64,000 nucleotides of DNA from Euprymna scolopes (Eukaryota), in the NCBI GenBank assembly GCA_053919585.1, contig CM132786.1; one strand, 5' to 3'. The notes under the pieces are model-generated. The model was not told where the DNA came from, did not search any database, and saw only the letters and a program-made list of their open reading frames with translations. Position 1 is the first letter of the stretch; every line of letters begins with the position of its first letter. The translations under genes were made by a program, and so were the position numbers. Shown here one piece after another: positions 1-14,950 of this stretch.

Positions 1-60
1 TTACTTCAAGTAATATCTATCAGGACCTTTCATCTGATTTCTAATCAGTGTCTCATCTTG

Positions 61-62
<2 letters not shown>

Positions 63-117
<55 letters not shown>

Positions 118-131
118 ATGTGTGTGTGTGT
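63..131. repeat. (TA)n-(TG)n compound microsatellite; further (TA)n tracts at ~564-597 and ~654-687
   Basis: Directly visible. Many similar tracts occur across the window, e.g. 14882-14947, 17138-17202, 32474-32533, 38913-38980, 49729-49783, 53820-53866. Confidence 0.95.
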
Positions 132-556
132 CAGACATCTAATAGATTGCTCTATTAAAAGATAATACTTCCAACAAACCAATTCTATTGACATGTCGTA
201 ATCTATTGGACCATGCTCACGCTTACTATTAAAACCCCTTTGATAAAGTCTTCCCTTATTCTTTCTTTATCTCTCTTTATTCTCTTAGTCTACACACACA
301 CACACACCTATACAGTTATATATATATAAATGGGGGATAAAGAGAAAATAAAATATAGGATAAAAGGGGAAATAATTCGGTGAGACAGAGACAATATAAT
401 TACTCTCATGCGTTTGCCTTATTATCTTCTATAAAACCGACACTTCTATGTACGGTCTAGGATAATAATAATAATAATTCGTACACATATATATTTTAAC
501 ATATTTATCCTACGACAGTGAATTCGGAGAGGAATCTTTTTTTTTTTTAAATTGAA

Positions 557-601
<45 letters not shown>

Positions 602-649
602 TTATATATATTCTGTCAAATATTTTTCTTTGTGTATAAATAATGTAGA

Positions 650-688
<39 letters not shown>

Positions 689-1896
689 TTAAAAATTAAA
701 AAAAACAAAATTAACATATGTAGAGCAGATTTCATAACTTTCTTATAATATATATAAAACTGTATTCAAAATTGCAATAAATCAAAGAAAAGTGGCACAT
801 TAAAGCCATACGAGAACGTTAATATCATATCAAAAGGAAAATAATAGTTTAATTCACAAATAGACATTCTGTTCAACTCTGCACAAAAGATAAAAAGTTT
901 TTTCAAAGAGTTTTCGTCAACGGTATACTAATGTAACAACAATAACTTTTCACTTTAAGGTTAAAAACTGATGGTGAACGAAAGTTCATACCAAAATATA
1001 AACTAATCGTTCAAGGGAGTAACATTGAAATAATTATGGAAGCAATATCACGAAATTCATAGTTTGATAATGATAGTTTGATTTATCTTAGCTTTTTTAA
1101 TAGAATTAAGGTGCAGTGTCAGTTTTGTTACATTTTTGTCCTCTGTGAAATAATATCTTTATTAACATTTGTAATTTAACATTTTTCACATGCTGTAGAA
1201 GATTAGGTTAAATCATTTACGAAAGAAAAAAAGATTTTATGTTCATCACATCTAAACTCTAGTTGTTTTTTCTAAGATGCATATCAGACTAGAAACCGTA
1301 CTTTCTGAATAACTTTCAAATGTTCGACATATTTTACTTGCTTTTTTTAATATTTACTTGTAGTTAATCAAATCTCGGAGATTAATATTATCAGTTATAC
1401 TTTGCTTCATCGCATCCGTTATAAAACGAACATACAAAATAACTGTTCACTTGTTCCTGGATTCTGATTAGATATTATACACATAAGCATGCATATACTA
1501 CACTTAACAAAAATCTAATCTATTTTGATATATATTAAAACTTGAAACTAGTTTTATTCAGCAGAAATATCGATCGCAACTCTATAAATAACTATAAATC
1601 CCCCGAAACAGAGATCCAAAGTTAATTTTACGAAACGTTGCCTAACAGGAATTACGGAGGAAATAATATATTTGAGACGCAGTTACGATAATACATTGAA
1701 CTCGCACATAAATAAACTAAGAAATGATAGTATTGAAAACAAGCAGGTCCGCATTATTGAAAATTATGTTCTAGATAGATATTTTATAGATACGAGGAAT
1801 ATTAGACCGCCGGTGATTATTTTAGTGTAGTAATTGTATACAAGTAAATTCATATGATGTCTCGAGTCAAAATACATATACAACTCTTTGTAATAG

Positions 1897-2400
1897 AACG
1901 AGGAAGGTGGGCTGATCCTACCGTGCGAGAAAGCTAGTTACACCTCAAAGTATCCTGTACATCCATAAGTCCACTATTCACCTGTGTATCGAATATTGTT
2001 GTCACATTTAGGATGGTTTATATGCTGCTTGTCTCACTACTGAACAAGTTTTACAAGTGAGTCGCACACCTGATCAGCTCTGAACTGTAATCTCAACTTC
2101 AATCTCTGTCTCATCGACGAAATATTGCGACCCTTTGCCTTTCTACATGTATTTTAATGACGAATGCACCGACGAGCCACACCCACATGTACCTCCTCGA
2201 CGTAACAACACCCCCACCAAGAAGCAAAATCCCACCCTACACAGAAGAGATCCCTTGATGTAAGAAAGCCTTTTACTCCAAAAGTCTCTTCCCAAGAAAT
2301 GTTAGACTGTGGACCTCTCTTACAGGATGCTGCTTTCCTAAACATACTGACATGCAAATGTCTAAGCGTAATGTGAGCATTACCCTCACACAATCTCTCC
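1897..2400 (+). mobile_element. Decayed 3' RT fragment of a CR1/L2-group (Daphne/Crack-like) LINE
   Basis: Manual translation RKVG*SYRARKLVTPQSILYIHKSTIHLCIEYCCHI*...LQSLSHRRNIATLCLFYMYF closely parallels the 55414-56043 ORF (RKVGSLYRARELLTPESIMYLYKATIRPCMEYCCHIW...LQPLSHRRNVASLCLFYKYF). Contains stops and frameshifts. Confidence 0.85.
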
Positions 2401-4619
2401 TCGTGTCACGGCTGTTCAGTGTTCTAGCATTTCTCTTAGGAGACCACTGATCTCACTTTTGTATAGTTTTCCGCATTCTTATGAAATATTTTATACTCAG
2501 TTTTATTTTATATGAGAGTTTCGGTCTAGGGCTTGACTCGTACCAGTTGATTTCGACGGTCGAACCATTTGGATATTGATCTGATTTCATATGCACTGCA
2601 NNNNNNNNNNNNNNNNNNNNNNNNNNNNNNNNNNNNNNNNNNNNNNNNNNNNNNNNNNNNNNNNNNNNNNNNNNNNNNNNNNNNNNNNNNNNNNNNNNNN
2701 NNNNNNNNNNNNNNNNNNNNNNNNNNNNNNTCATCTAAAAACGGAACTTTTATATAGCATCTACTTCGTTCTCAACCTCTACCATTTATAAAGATGTGAT
2801 CGCCCCATAATTGATCATTTAATATGGCAAATACGTTGCAAACCTCAAGTCTTTGTAGAAATGTGATCATTGCGTTATTGAGTATTCAATATATATATAT
2901 TTACTTAATACCGGGAGTAACGAGGCATTATTAGAGACATGAGACACTGGCTGAGGTGAAAGCTCGGTAAAACTAAACTGACTTTTTATTTTGACCTACG
3001 TTTATCTGGTTATACCTCAATGTAACTTGATAAGTTGTGTTTAGGATCTATTCTCATACGAACAATACAAACAATTATTCAGGCGCTTGTCTTTTTTATG
3101 CTTTTTCCCCGCATGGCATCGTTTAGCAAAAAATTATTAAAGATATAATCAGAAAATGGAAATATATTGATGTTTACCATTACATATAATACACTTTTTT
3201 AACATATATATACAGTCTCGCTCTGGTCAATTTCTAATTGACTGAGTTTACCTCTGTTTTTCTGATTGTCCGTCTGGCTATTTGTTGCTCACNNNNNNNN
3301 NNNNNNNNNNNNNNNNNNNNNNNNNNNNNNNNNNNNNNNNNNNNNNNNNNNNNNNNNNNNNNNNNNNNNNNNNNNNNNNNNNNNNNNNNNNNNNNNNNNN
3401 NNNNNNNNNNNNNNNNNNNNNNNNNNNNNNNNTCTCCACGAAAAGTCAATGAAACCCGCGTGATTATTAAAGAGTTCTCAATGTATTACATAATATGTAT
3501 ATACATTATTTAGTATACAAACATTATTGGTCATATATAGCCATGCATGTTTCAGTCGAATCCCAATTCAGGTATAACTGTTAATTCGACCAAAATCGAT
3601 CAATATTGAAACGGGAGTATAAAATTTCATTAGTTTTAAAAGGATATCCGAGCGTTGTTTATACTCTGGAAGAAAGTGATGCGTATACTTAGTGAATCTA
3701 TTTAGTACATACTTAATAACATAAATCACACTTCCGTTTTCTCTCACACCCAAAATTTCATTTTTTTCATCACACATCCGCACAGTAGAATTTTAAAATG
3801 TTACATTCTCCTGATAGTTACTAACTTCTAGTTTACAATTACCAACAGTTTTATATATTTTATATATTTTGTTTTAATTTATTTTCGAACAATCTGCCCC
3901 TTCCACTAAATTACTGGAATAATTTTAGTATTATGGTGGAAGTAACCTATGATTCCTACTAAAAACTACTCAAAACCCAATAAATACCGGTAGATGAAAC
4001 TGTAAGGTGTCGGACTATACCCGGTGTAATAACGTAGGTCATTATTCGGACACAACAAACAACACACGTATTGTAGGCTTTGCAATTCATATTTTGTTTC
4101 TTTACTTTGGCATTCCGATTTTCTTTGCAATTATGAACAGAGCTATAAAATTACGTAATTTCAGAGGTCATTCGAATTTAAAATACCCTCAACATACACG
4201 TACAATGCCAAGAAAGTTTGCAGAAAATACTGACAGAAAGGAGAAAAACAGCAACAGGCGAAAACCAAACAAGTGAATGGACATATAAATTCGAAGTTCG
4301 AACTCGTGAAATATAAGGCATTTTTCATATATTTCTCTTCTCTTTTCTGTGCACTGTCACAACATATATATGAATCCGTACACATTAAAAAAAAAAATAC
4401 GTAATATTTTTCTCTCGTGTCATTAAATAAATGTGTCAGCGAACATTTCTTTCCTTACAAAAATACATTTGTGCCGTGAAAAACATTTGTGTTAATGGAA
4501 ACAATTTAATTTAACGTTTCCCATGTTGTTCTCAAAATACTAAAATCTGGTTAATTTGAACAGCGTTTTGTTAATTCCGGAAATCCATTATTTTACCTAT
4601 TATACAAACATGGGCGGCT

Positions 4620-5200
4620 TACAGAGTACATCTAAACTATTATTACAACTGCAAATTAACCAGCAAGAACAACAACATCATAAACAGCCTCATCAACAAC
4701 CATTACATAAACAGCAGATACACCCAGATAAGAAAAAAGAACAACACCAATTACTTGAACACCGGAAGCCCCCAAATAACGCTGCGGAAAATAAGATACC
4801 CAGCACAACAAATAAGTAACAGTATAGAACTAGGATGAAAAATTCCAGTTGACCACTTGATAAATCCCAAAAACATAACAAAATAAAATTCTAGTATGCA
4901 CACACTACAAATAAAACCGGGACTATTTACAGAGAAAACAAAAAAAACCTCATCAGTCAGAACGATAAACTGAACAACGTACTCAAAACAACAAAAACTT
5001 TGAAACGGAAACACCAACCCAAAACTTAAAACACATCCTAAATTTCGCAAAACCCAATTTCTCAATAATTTAGTGGTCTTACATAAGAGCAACATAAAAT
5101 AAAACAGGGAAGAAACATTTATATGGTTCAAAAGAAAGTAAACAAACGCAGTGGAAATAATTTCTAGATAATGCCAATATTCCAAACAGGCAATTACGTT
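4620..5200 (+). mobile_element. Possible highly decayed Penelope-like element (RT thumb to GIY-YIG C-terminus)
   Basis: A/C-rich strand bias. Fragments such as IINSLINNHY and HILNFAKPNFSI...REETFIWF loosely resemble the PLE L..NGY and H..(N/D)F...KIL...E..I motifs. Confidence 0.3.
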
Positions 5201-8200
5201 TACTTACCTACACAGCAATAAAAAAAGATTCACTCCCAACATTTACAGAATATAATATCGACACACAAACAAACGTAGTGCAAAACACACTCAACGCAAA
5301 TACATATACATATATACACCTCAGAACATGAATTAGAACCGACACATACAAATATGCACACGCGAGCTCACACGTACGACAACACACGCGGACACAAATT
5401 TCCCCTCATTAATGAAACACTTTAATCAATACCAACCTTACGTATAAAAGAGACTAACAACCCTACGAAATACCAGGAATCAGAGTGTAGGATCTGACAA
5501 ATACTACCCCCACCTCGTCTACCTCGAGTCGTGAAAGAGAAAACATTCGTGAGTGAGACAATTCTTTAGGGAACCATCATTTTTCCACTCACTAGAAACC
5601 AATTGTATCTAAATCTATCAACGTGAGGGCGTAAAAAATAAACACCTACAGAAATACCATATGTTTATTCATAAATACTGCTTTTTTGTATCAACAAGCT
5701 TAATTATCAAATTATAAATATTACAAATATCCCAACTGGCTTAGACTAATATGTAAATCTCCATAGAAATATATTAAAATCGAAAAATCCAATGTGAATG
5801 ATAACCAAGAAATGAATTCCAGACAAACCCTACTCAAATTATGAGACAGAACACGCATTACAGAAACCAATAAAAGGAAATAGACACATATATAGGCACC
5901 GTCCATCCTTCCCAACAGAGGAACCCACGCACATATAACACTTATATGACCTACGCGTTGTTTAGCTTTCTAAACGTATCCATTTATATATGCCATTCTT
6001 ATTTCATTCATATTTAACGCATCAAACGAAGGTTACAATGTCATATATATAGAGGCTTAGATTGTAAAAATGTGTTCATATAAAAAGAAACTGTTTTTAT
6101 ATGAAAGTGAAAAATAATTCTCTTTTTTTTCTTTTTTTTTCTTTTTTTTTTGCTTAATAAACCCAATCTAGGCTCGGTGCCACTTCGATGTAGGGGGCTA
6201 TTACAACTCTCTCTTCGGACCAAGATCAAGGCGTTGCATCTGTTCTTTAGATGACCCACAAAAAGTTCGTGTTCTCTCTCAGTGGAGAACTCTTTCAGGA
6301 CTGAGACAATCTGTGGTTTTGTTTCTTTTCTCAACGTTAAAAACGAACCTTGTGCCTTACTCTGTTCCATGGGAAGGCATTGTAAATAGAAACTAGAATT
6401 CTCTTTATTTAGAGAATCAGCGGACGTTCCTGAAAGTGCGTACACCTATAAATTTCACAATTAAGATGGTTGCTTTTTTTACACGTAAATCTCTTCGACT
6501 ATAAAAAAAAAATCAGATAAAAAAAATGGAAATCGAAAAAAAATATCATTATTTTACCGTCGGAGATTATTTTTCAATCATAACGTTCTCCTAAATTGAA
6601 CACGTATTCGTGACTACCACTGAATAAACTATTGTCACAAAATTTTACTAGGTTATTGTCACAATTTACGTGGTTAGTTTAGTAAACTGTTATAATAAAA
6701 AGTGATCACTAAATTTTGTTATTAAATCAAATAATTAAAGCAATAAAACGTGGACGATGTTAGTTTTTGATTTAATGTTTTGCAAACGTAATAATAACAT
6801 TTTCTGTTCAGAAATAAATAAATAAATAAATAAATAAAAATAAAATAGAATAATTATGAGAATAAAACTCGGACTTGTTTTTTTAATGGAGAAGGCAATT
6901 GTATTGAAAATCTAAACTTGGGCGATATATTTATTGTTTTATTTAATGTAGAACGCACATTAATTTTTTATTAATTGCGGACTATTATGCTTATCTTTTC
7001 TTAGGTATTTCACGACGTTGCAGCAAAACTATTCCTCTGGACTTGTCAGGTGGTAACCGCGACGGTATAGGACCTCTGAATCTCCTGACTGCATCCACTG
7101 AAATGTCTGCTTTCCGTAGTTCCAGATGTCTCTCCACGTTTTGACCAAGTAATCTCTGACCGGTTTGGGTTAGGAGTTAAACCGCTATGTTCAAACAATT
7201 CTCACCTATACTAATTAAAATTTATATTTCTGCACCTCATAATATATATCCACTCATTAGTTATAATATTTGTATTTATTTTAATATATGTTTTATGGTT
7301 ATTATAAGAGAGTATACACAGAAAACAAATTAAAGTCTGAGTTACAACCAATCTTCTACTATCTTTCCATAACTTTGCACATGATTTTACTGTCATCGGA
7401 ACAGCCATTTAGCATTGGTATTTAGTTAGTACATACCATTGGTCATCACTAAAATTTAATGGCTAAAAGCTTCCGTAAACTACCTGTTATGTTTCCCCTC
7501 GCTTAGAGGGATTCTGGTTAATGATGTCTTCATTTGGTCATTTCATCTTTCTTTACTCTCCTTGTATATTTAAGCAAGTATCAATTATTAATAACATTTT
7601 TCACAGGTTAATTTATTTTTTTGCTATTTTTGTTTCTATGTGATATAGGTCTGTGTCATGTTCATTCGTATTCAATGTTTTCCTGAATATTTCATCTGTT
7701 TGGATTATTGTTATTCTTTTTATCTACTCAGCCCTCCCGTTTGATTTAAATATCTCGTACATTGTGTCCAATGTTTTCGGTATTGTTAATATTGCTCTTG
7801 CTATTATTTATATAATTTTTACTTCCTTCATTTACTTACGATTTACAGATCTCTGGAAGGTTCTGCTTCTCTGTGTTCATGATACTCATCCTGTGATCTG
7901 TTTAAACAACTAAATCTGCGATCAGACGTTACTTTCCTATTTTGTGTTTCTATAAAGATATATGTTTTGTTCTGGCTTGAATGGGTGTATCTGTTTGTAT
8001 ATTTTTTATCCTATACGGTTTTGTGAATTACTTTAGAAATATTGCTGGTAACTTTTAGTAGTAGAATTTATCTAGTAGTTCAAGTTACAGTTGACTGCAT
8101 GCTACTTTACTGATTTCTGTATTTGTCGTATTGTATTCTTTTTGGCCTAGTGTAATATGATCGGGACAGGGTTACATATATTTTGATGAATGTATATAAC

Positions 8201-8399
8201 TGAATGTTGGAAGTCTATTTACTGTTTTTATCGTGTTAATGTAAGTAAAACAAGTGTATAAATACTTATATACGTTTTATAATAGATATTTTTGTAAATA
8301 TAATCTTATTGTATGCGGAAGTCCTTAGCGTTTACTATCGTTTAGTCCTTAATATTTATGAACTAGATGTCCGTATGAAATTCATTGAAGTGAACAACA

Positions 8400-8720
8400 C
8401 TCGCTGAACACATACTTGTGGTGGTTTCCATCTGACCAATGGGAGAAAGATACCTTATCAAAAATTAGTTCTTATTTGATGGGTCCTCAAAGGCTGCAAT
8501 GAAGTTCACAGCAGGCAAAATACCAATAGTATCGTGCTGTATATTTAGTAATAAATATTCCTTCAATTGTTTCCCCAATTAGAATGTTGCACACTTGCTT
8601 ATAGTTCATTTTGACGATATCATACGCCGGACAGATTTACAGACGCCATAGAGTTCGTCCCTTTTAGACCTTCCTCTCTTGTACACCCCTACTCCTTCAT
8701 TATAACTTTGATTTCTCTGA
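8400..8720 (-). mobile_element. Possible decayed Tc1-like transposase remnant
   Basis: Minus-strand pieces resemble the VWG..G.G and DLSPIE regions (YLSPIGQM at ~8430-8455). Heavily frameshifted. Confidence 0.3.
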
Positions 8721-9799
8721 CTACACTTTACATGCATATATAAAACTATTTTCCTTTGAATTACGGCATTAATGTACGTAGACTAAAGGTGCATCGAATG
8801 ATAGTTTGTCCTATAATCAATTTGATATTATATTGTCAGCTATTATAAAATATGTTTGTTTAACTAATAAAAGTCATTCACGTTGTCCATAATGACATGA
8901 CAGCTAGCCAGAGTCTTGTGGCAGTTTCTCCACTAATAACTGCCTTCCAATTTTTTTTCTCACTACGTTTTAACCAATTAATAAGGTTTGGTTAAAATTG
9001 GAGCCGTTATCTGAAGAATGTTCATCTGGAACGGGCATCAAAAGTTGTGATACAACAACAAATATCGAAGACAACAAATATTAGGGATACATTTACATGC
9101 CATCATTTCTATCTCGTCGTATTTAACTACCAACATAAATCCTGAGGTTGAGTTGACCGAAATGTAAATAAACAACACGAATGATGATGAGGATAACAGT
9201 TATTTCAAATGATTCCAACAAATTATTAAAAAGAAAACAGATATTATTATAATAATCGTGATGTTTATGTTGGATATTTCTCTTTGAATACCAGGTTAAT
9301 CCCTTTGATTTAGACATTTATGTTATATCTTCTAAACATGTCATTGTTTCTAATATGTATGCCTTTTAAAAATTGTGAAGGAACCTGTAAATTATGTATT
9401 TTACTATTTCGTTACAGTAAAAAGTGATATAATTATAACGGGAATCACATTGATTATTTTATATTTTCATAGTCCGATTTCCAAATAACAAGTATATTAA
9501 ATTTTCAAATAATCTCTTTTGAACCCTATATTGAGAGATCAGGTTTTGTAAATGTTATAGACAGTTTTTATTTTCATAGGATGTTTTTCATTGGTTAATA
9601 ATGTTAAATAGTCTCATAAGTTTAAGGTGAATGTGTTTAAGAAATTGGACTTCGTTTTATGCCTTTAGAAATCTCGATGAATGCTAATACTAAATCTTAC
9701 AGTTTATAAAAAATAACATTAAAATATATCAGCCGGAAAAAAAACTATCCAGTAAATGTAAAAATATTTTAATAGCACATTAAATTTAACTTTACATAA

Positions 9800-9914
9800 T
9801 GCAGCAAGTCCCTAACATCTGGGCAGGAGCTGCTAAAACAGCCTATCCTGTCTTGACAGAGTACAAAATAGACTTTGTGGTTTAGTAGAGGATGCCCTTT
9901 TCTCTTCCTTGCAG

Positions 9915-9959
<45 letters not shown>

Positions 9960-10399
9960 GAAGTGCCGCGGCGAGCCTATCCCTGTTTTATCGTTTTTCT
10001 CATGGCAGGTACTCGTCTGAGCTACAATTTCTGTTCCCCCCCTCGTCAATCCTTCTAGATAAACACCCGTCTTGCTTAAATAACTTTCAATATTTTCCCA
10101 ACTCATTATCTTTGCCTAAATCAAAACGTAGATTCCATGAGCAAAGCTCCTTTCTTAGAACTGCATGCCTGTGGAACTCTCTACCGCTTGCGTGTTTCCC
10201 TCCTGACTTCAACATGGATGTCTTCAAGTCCAACATAAACAAATTCCTGAAAAACCTCCCCCTTAAGGAATGACACTTTATCAAATCTCCGATATTAATT
10301 AATACTGCAACACTATCCCATTGGTAACTGTACACAAAATAATCCTTATCACCGGGTGGCTTCTGGGCCTTGATAAGTAGTGACCTCCATGTAAAAAAA
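9800..10399 (+). mobile_element. 3' end of a CR1/L2-group LINE with short A-tail and internal (CT)n expansion
   Basis: IWAGAAKT..LDRVQNRLCGLVEDALFSSLQP, then (CT)n, then RRSAAASLSLFYRFSHG...SSFLRTACLWNSLPLACFPPDFNMDVFKSNINKFL (ORF 9875-10273). Ends in CATGTAAAAAAA at ~10388-10399. Confidence 0.88.
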
Positions 10400-11332
10400 G
10401 TAGATCAGTTTCTGCAATCTTTCATGCTATTTATTAAAGGTTTCTATGGATGTGTATCCTATTAAACGCTATCTTGTAACTTACCTAGTCCGTGAAAACG
10501 TAAAAAGACATTCGGGTGTAGTTATACAATATCATTCTTGCATCCGAACTCATCATCTTTATCCGGTCATTTTTTCTCAGCCGTTCTGTATGCCAAACGA
10601 AAAAACGGTTTTTGAACAAATGATTATAGATATTTTCAGACAAGTACTAATAAACAGTTTACACATAAGTAAGAATTAAGGGAGTTACTTAAGTGTGTCA
10701 ATAAACCTGCATTTTTTTTCATACTTTGGGATCGAGTCTATAGTGTAATTAGTCGACCAGTAAAGAAGTAATTTTATTTTCAAGCAATATATTTGCAGCG
10801 TATGTTAATTGAACCCTGAACATCAAAAAGAAAACATTTCCCTTATATAGACTGAAGACAAGAACACGTGTTTTCAACGTGGATTAAATGAACAGTTCCG
10901 TTCGAAATTTTTGTTCAGATTTTCGAGTTCGACAGAAACATTGCTGACTTTGAACTATTATCTATAAGGTTCCGTAAAATATTAGTTGGTATTTTGGATT
11001 TTACAACAGACATACACACATTTATAGTTGTACATTTAATTATTATATAAGATTAAGCAGAAGAGCTTTGACCACTTTTATTAACATTGAAATATTCATT
11101 AAATGACTGTTAAAAGAAGAATTTAGAAACGTCACAATCTATTCGTTACTAGAATGTTTAGCACAGTAAAATTAAATAAATATCGAAATAGAATTCATAT
11201 TAAACTGCAGACACCCCAAACTGACAGCCTGCATTTTTAGATCCTTACCAGCGGGGAAAGGACGCCCGTCTTTGCTCGGTTGTAAATTACGCATAAATAT
11301 GATATTTTAATTTGTTCAGATTTTTATATATT

Positions 11333-12025
11333 AGTAGTTGTACCATGCTACGCGTTGCTGTGGCTCAAATTGGCGCAATGGAAAAAGTTCCAAAATGAGA
11401 AAAAGCATGTTTCTTATAGGTTCGTGGCTGTGAAATGAATCGAACAGGAAGTTCAGTTTTATCAACAGAACAGATTCGCAGTAACGGTTAAAAATATATT
11501 TATTTTATTTAATATTTCAATATTTTAATAATTCGCGAGGTCAATTTATTTTAATAACATAAAAACATACCTCGACTCTAAAGATGGGTTGTCTGAAAAT
11601 TTGAAATAAATTGGCAACGTAGAAATATGGTTTTATTCGTTTAGAACGAACCAACTTTACATTTTTTATATATATAGGTTATATAGTCGTTATTCAAAAA
11701 GTACAAAAAGCAGTGTTTTGGTGCTATCCGCATGAATTGAAACAAAACTGTAGCATTCAAAGCTGGGTATATTAGCACTGTACCAACGTGACTTGCATAG
11801 AAACTGATTATAAATTAAACAAAAACAATGAATGTACGAAATGTATAACTTTTCTTTCAATTTTGACCCCTTTTGAACCCATTACAAATTATTTTTAAAA
11901 ATTCCCATAAAACTTAATCATTTCAGACTCATAGCATCACTCAACGTATTTTAGTTTCGGGAGAAATAGAGTATGAGAATAAGGAGACAAACCGACAGAC
12001 ATAGTGCCTTTTATAGATAAGATAG
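11333..12025 (-). mobile_element. Degenerate non-autonomous Helitron-like element
   Basis: Left end TAGTAG followed by the hairpin CCATGCTACGCGTTGCTGTGG. Right end ...GACAGACA...TTTTATAGATAAGATAGA gives a 5' TC start on the minus strand. Same layout as the two cleaner elements at 22397 and 26756. Confidence 0.5.
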
Positions 12026-14881
12026 ACGTCTTGGACAATAGTATACTTGCGTATTAGTGGCGTATAATAATAAGTACTAGGAACAAAGTAAATGATATGA
12101 AGTCGATCCTGTGACAGGTTAAATCGTATTAGAGTGAACTGATATTTCGCCACCTGCATGATACGACGTACGTGCAGCGAGTGATCGATTAAGAGGATGA
12201 AGAGATTGATCAGCTGTGATGTTTGCCAATTACGCATTATGTAGGAGCAGGTGCCTATCGTTTTCGACAGCATCATTTTGATGCGTCTCTGGAGTTTGAT
12301 AATTGGAATCACCCGAAGAACAATCAACGCAAATAGTTTTTGTTTTCATTTACTTATATAGTCATTCTTTTCTAACTCTATTGTATAGTAGTCTTCTCAT
12401 GAACTTAACAAAACACACACACATACACACGCATACACACATACACACACATATATATATACACATATATATATGTGTGTGCGTGTGTGAGTGTGTGTGT
12501 GATGTCTGTGTGTAAAAATAAATGTTCTATAGTCGTCAGCGTAATTGACTTATATGATTTGTCTTCAAGCGAGTGATTAATTAAAAATTGTGGTTGGGGA
12601 ATCTATTGAAAATCGATAAAAAATATGTTGAAATCATTAAAAGCACTTAAGCCTGCCTTCCCTTTTATACTGAGTCCAATAGATTAATGCGAATCAGTAG
12701 GGCCTCAATGATTGGCATGCGCGGATCACAATGTGAGATGGCATGAATGACGATGTTTTTTTAACAAAATTATTAGGTCCTAGAGGTGTTTTTTCGTGGG
12801 GGGATGGGTCATATGAGGCTTTTCGTGGAGCATAGATGTCTATGGCAAATTTCTTTGGACACTCGAACAACACCTTCCAAAAGAAAAAAATGGATTGTAA
12901 GGAAAATAATATATTAATTACTGAAATATCTATATGGAAGTGATATAATTGCCTTCGATTTCTTCACCAAAATATACTTCCTTAGTGCATTAAAACAACA
13001 AGAATAGTTGTTAAATTTGTAATTGTATTCATAACAAGCGTGATAATTTTAGTGTGATTATTTATATTTCTGACAGCAAAACCACCTCTTTTATATTATT
13101 TAATGGTTACTCGAATGAATTGGGAAAATGTTTTATGTTTAAAGTTCCTTTAAATGATGATTGTCATAATTCATTAAATTTAAATTATTTGATTTTTATG
13201 GCACTCCACCAGTTGTTTAGGGTATTACATGCTAAAACAGCTGGTACTTGTGCATCTTTTGTAATAAGATGAAACTCAGCGTTCGGTCGGTGTTTCCCGA
13301 TATCTGACCTCAACAACTCGGATGTTGGTGTTGTTTGACGTAACATAGCGATCAACCAATCACAGCGCATCGCACGGAGTTTAAACTCAATGCGAGTGCG
13401 TGCTAGTGCTAATCCCGAGCAGCAGACGAGAAATTGAATAAATATTTGAAGTGGAAAAAATCAACAAACAACATCATTTCTTACATTTCGTACAGGCAAG
13501 TCAGTCAGGTAGAGAAGAACAAAACATGAATTTGATTGTCTTTGACCAACAGTTACATACACCGGATTCTGTAATTGAGTTTTCTCAGCAGAGGACTCTA
13601 CTGGAAATAAAAAAAATATGCACTGTGCAACATACGAACACAAGTGTAGCCTAGAAAAAAGGGGGCATTAGGCGGCTACGGCTGCAGATGTGCGGATATT
13701 AAATGTCGGGAATAAGAACTTTTTAAATAAATCTCGTCCAAAAAAGAACTAACCCTCCCACTTCTTTTCTACTTTTTACCAGAAAATACTTAAAAATGCG
13801 TGAACAAAGAAGTTTCTAATCCTCATCATAAGCGGAAGAAGCTAAAATGGCACATGGGACTTTTAAAAAAAGAAAAGTATTTAAAATATTCCTTGATAAA
13901 CAAAAAGAATAAAAAGTTGTAAAAAAACAAAAAAGTGTTCCTCAAAATCTTTTAAAATATAAAATTATAACATTTTTCAACAAACTTTTTAAAAATCTTG
14001 TTAGTTGGAAATTTTTATAGAAAACATTTTCTAAAATGTGTTTATTTGACAAAAATTACTTATAAACTTTTATTCACACAATTAAAAATGAAAAATTACA
14101 GTAGGTTTTTCTTTCTTTTATGCATTTAACATTTTGCTATTTTATTTCATGTAGGGTTGTTATGATTTCATCGGCAGCGCTCGGGATAATCCAGTTGCTG
14201 GGGCATGTTTAGGGGACAACAGAGCGAACGCTTTGTTGCGTCTGGTTCAAAGTAGGCACTATCCCCACACATTCATTTTGCAGAGAATGATTTATGCTTA
14301 CATATCTTTACATTTTGAAACATTTATTCGGTGTATTTTTTGTGTTATCTGGCAAATGCGTTATGATATTTTTTACTATGGACCATCTCATTGATGTTTG
14401 CAAACTTTACGCAGTTACACCGATGTTTACTTAATTTTAGATCAGGAAGCCAGTAAATACATAAAGCTATATCTGGTATAACCAAAAACTCCAAATGTTA
14501 ATATTCTATTAATATAATAATGACCGATAGAATCTCATAACTAAACATTAAGCAACTTTTATAAACTACTTCTATTTCGCATTAAGTACAGAGGGACTTT
14601 TTAAATGACGTTATACATAATTATTATTTTTTAAGAAGGCAACGCGATGTAAGTTTATGTTTATTTATCTTTAAATATATAACACAACTTTTCGTTGTGG
14701 AATATTCGAGTGAGATATGGGTAAATTAAATTTTTTTGTCACAAACGCACGTAAATTGCATGATATTTATTGGGCGTTTAATGCAAAGGAAGGTCTTGAT
14801 TAATTGAATTTACATAGAAAAAGCTGGCGGAGGATAACTCAGTGTATCTAGTCGTATGAATATATAGTAAAGATGCTTTAT

Positions 14882-14950
<69 letters not shown>

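Noticed and set aside
3550-4600. Possible pogo/Tigger-type TIR and subterminal TTCGAA/TTCGGA motifs (also ~10890-10960 and ~44255-44310)
   Set aside because: I could not pair TIRs or find TA TSDs.
4556-4819. Gln/His-rich 87-aa ORF
   Set aside because: Reflects A/C strand bias of a probable decayed retroelement; non-ATG start and no domain.
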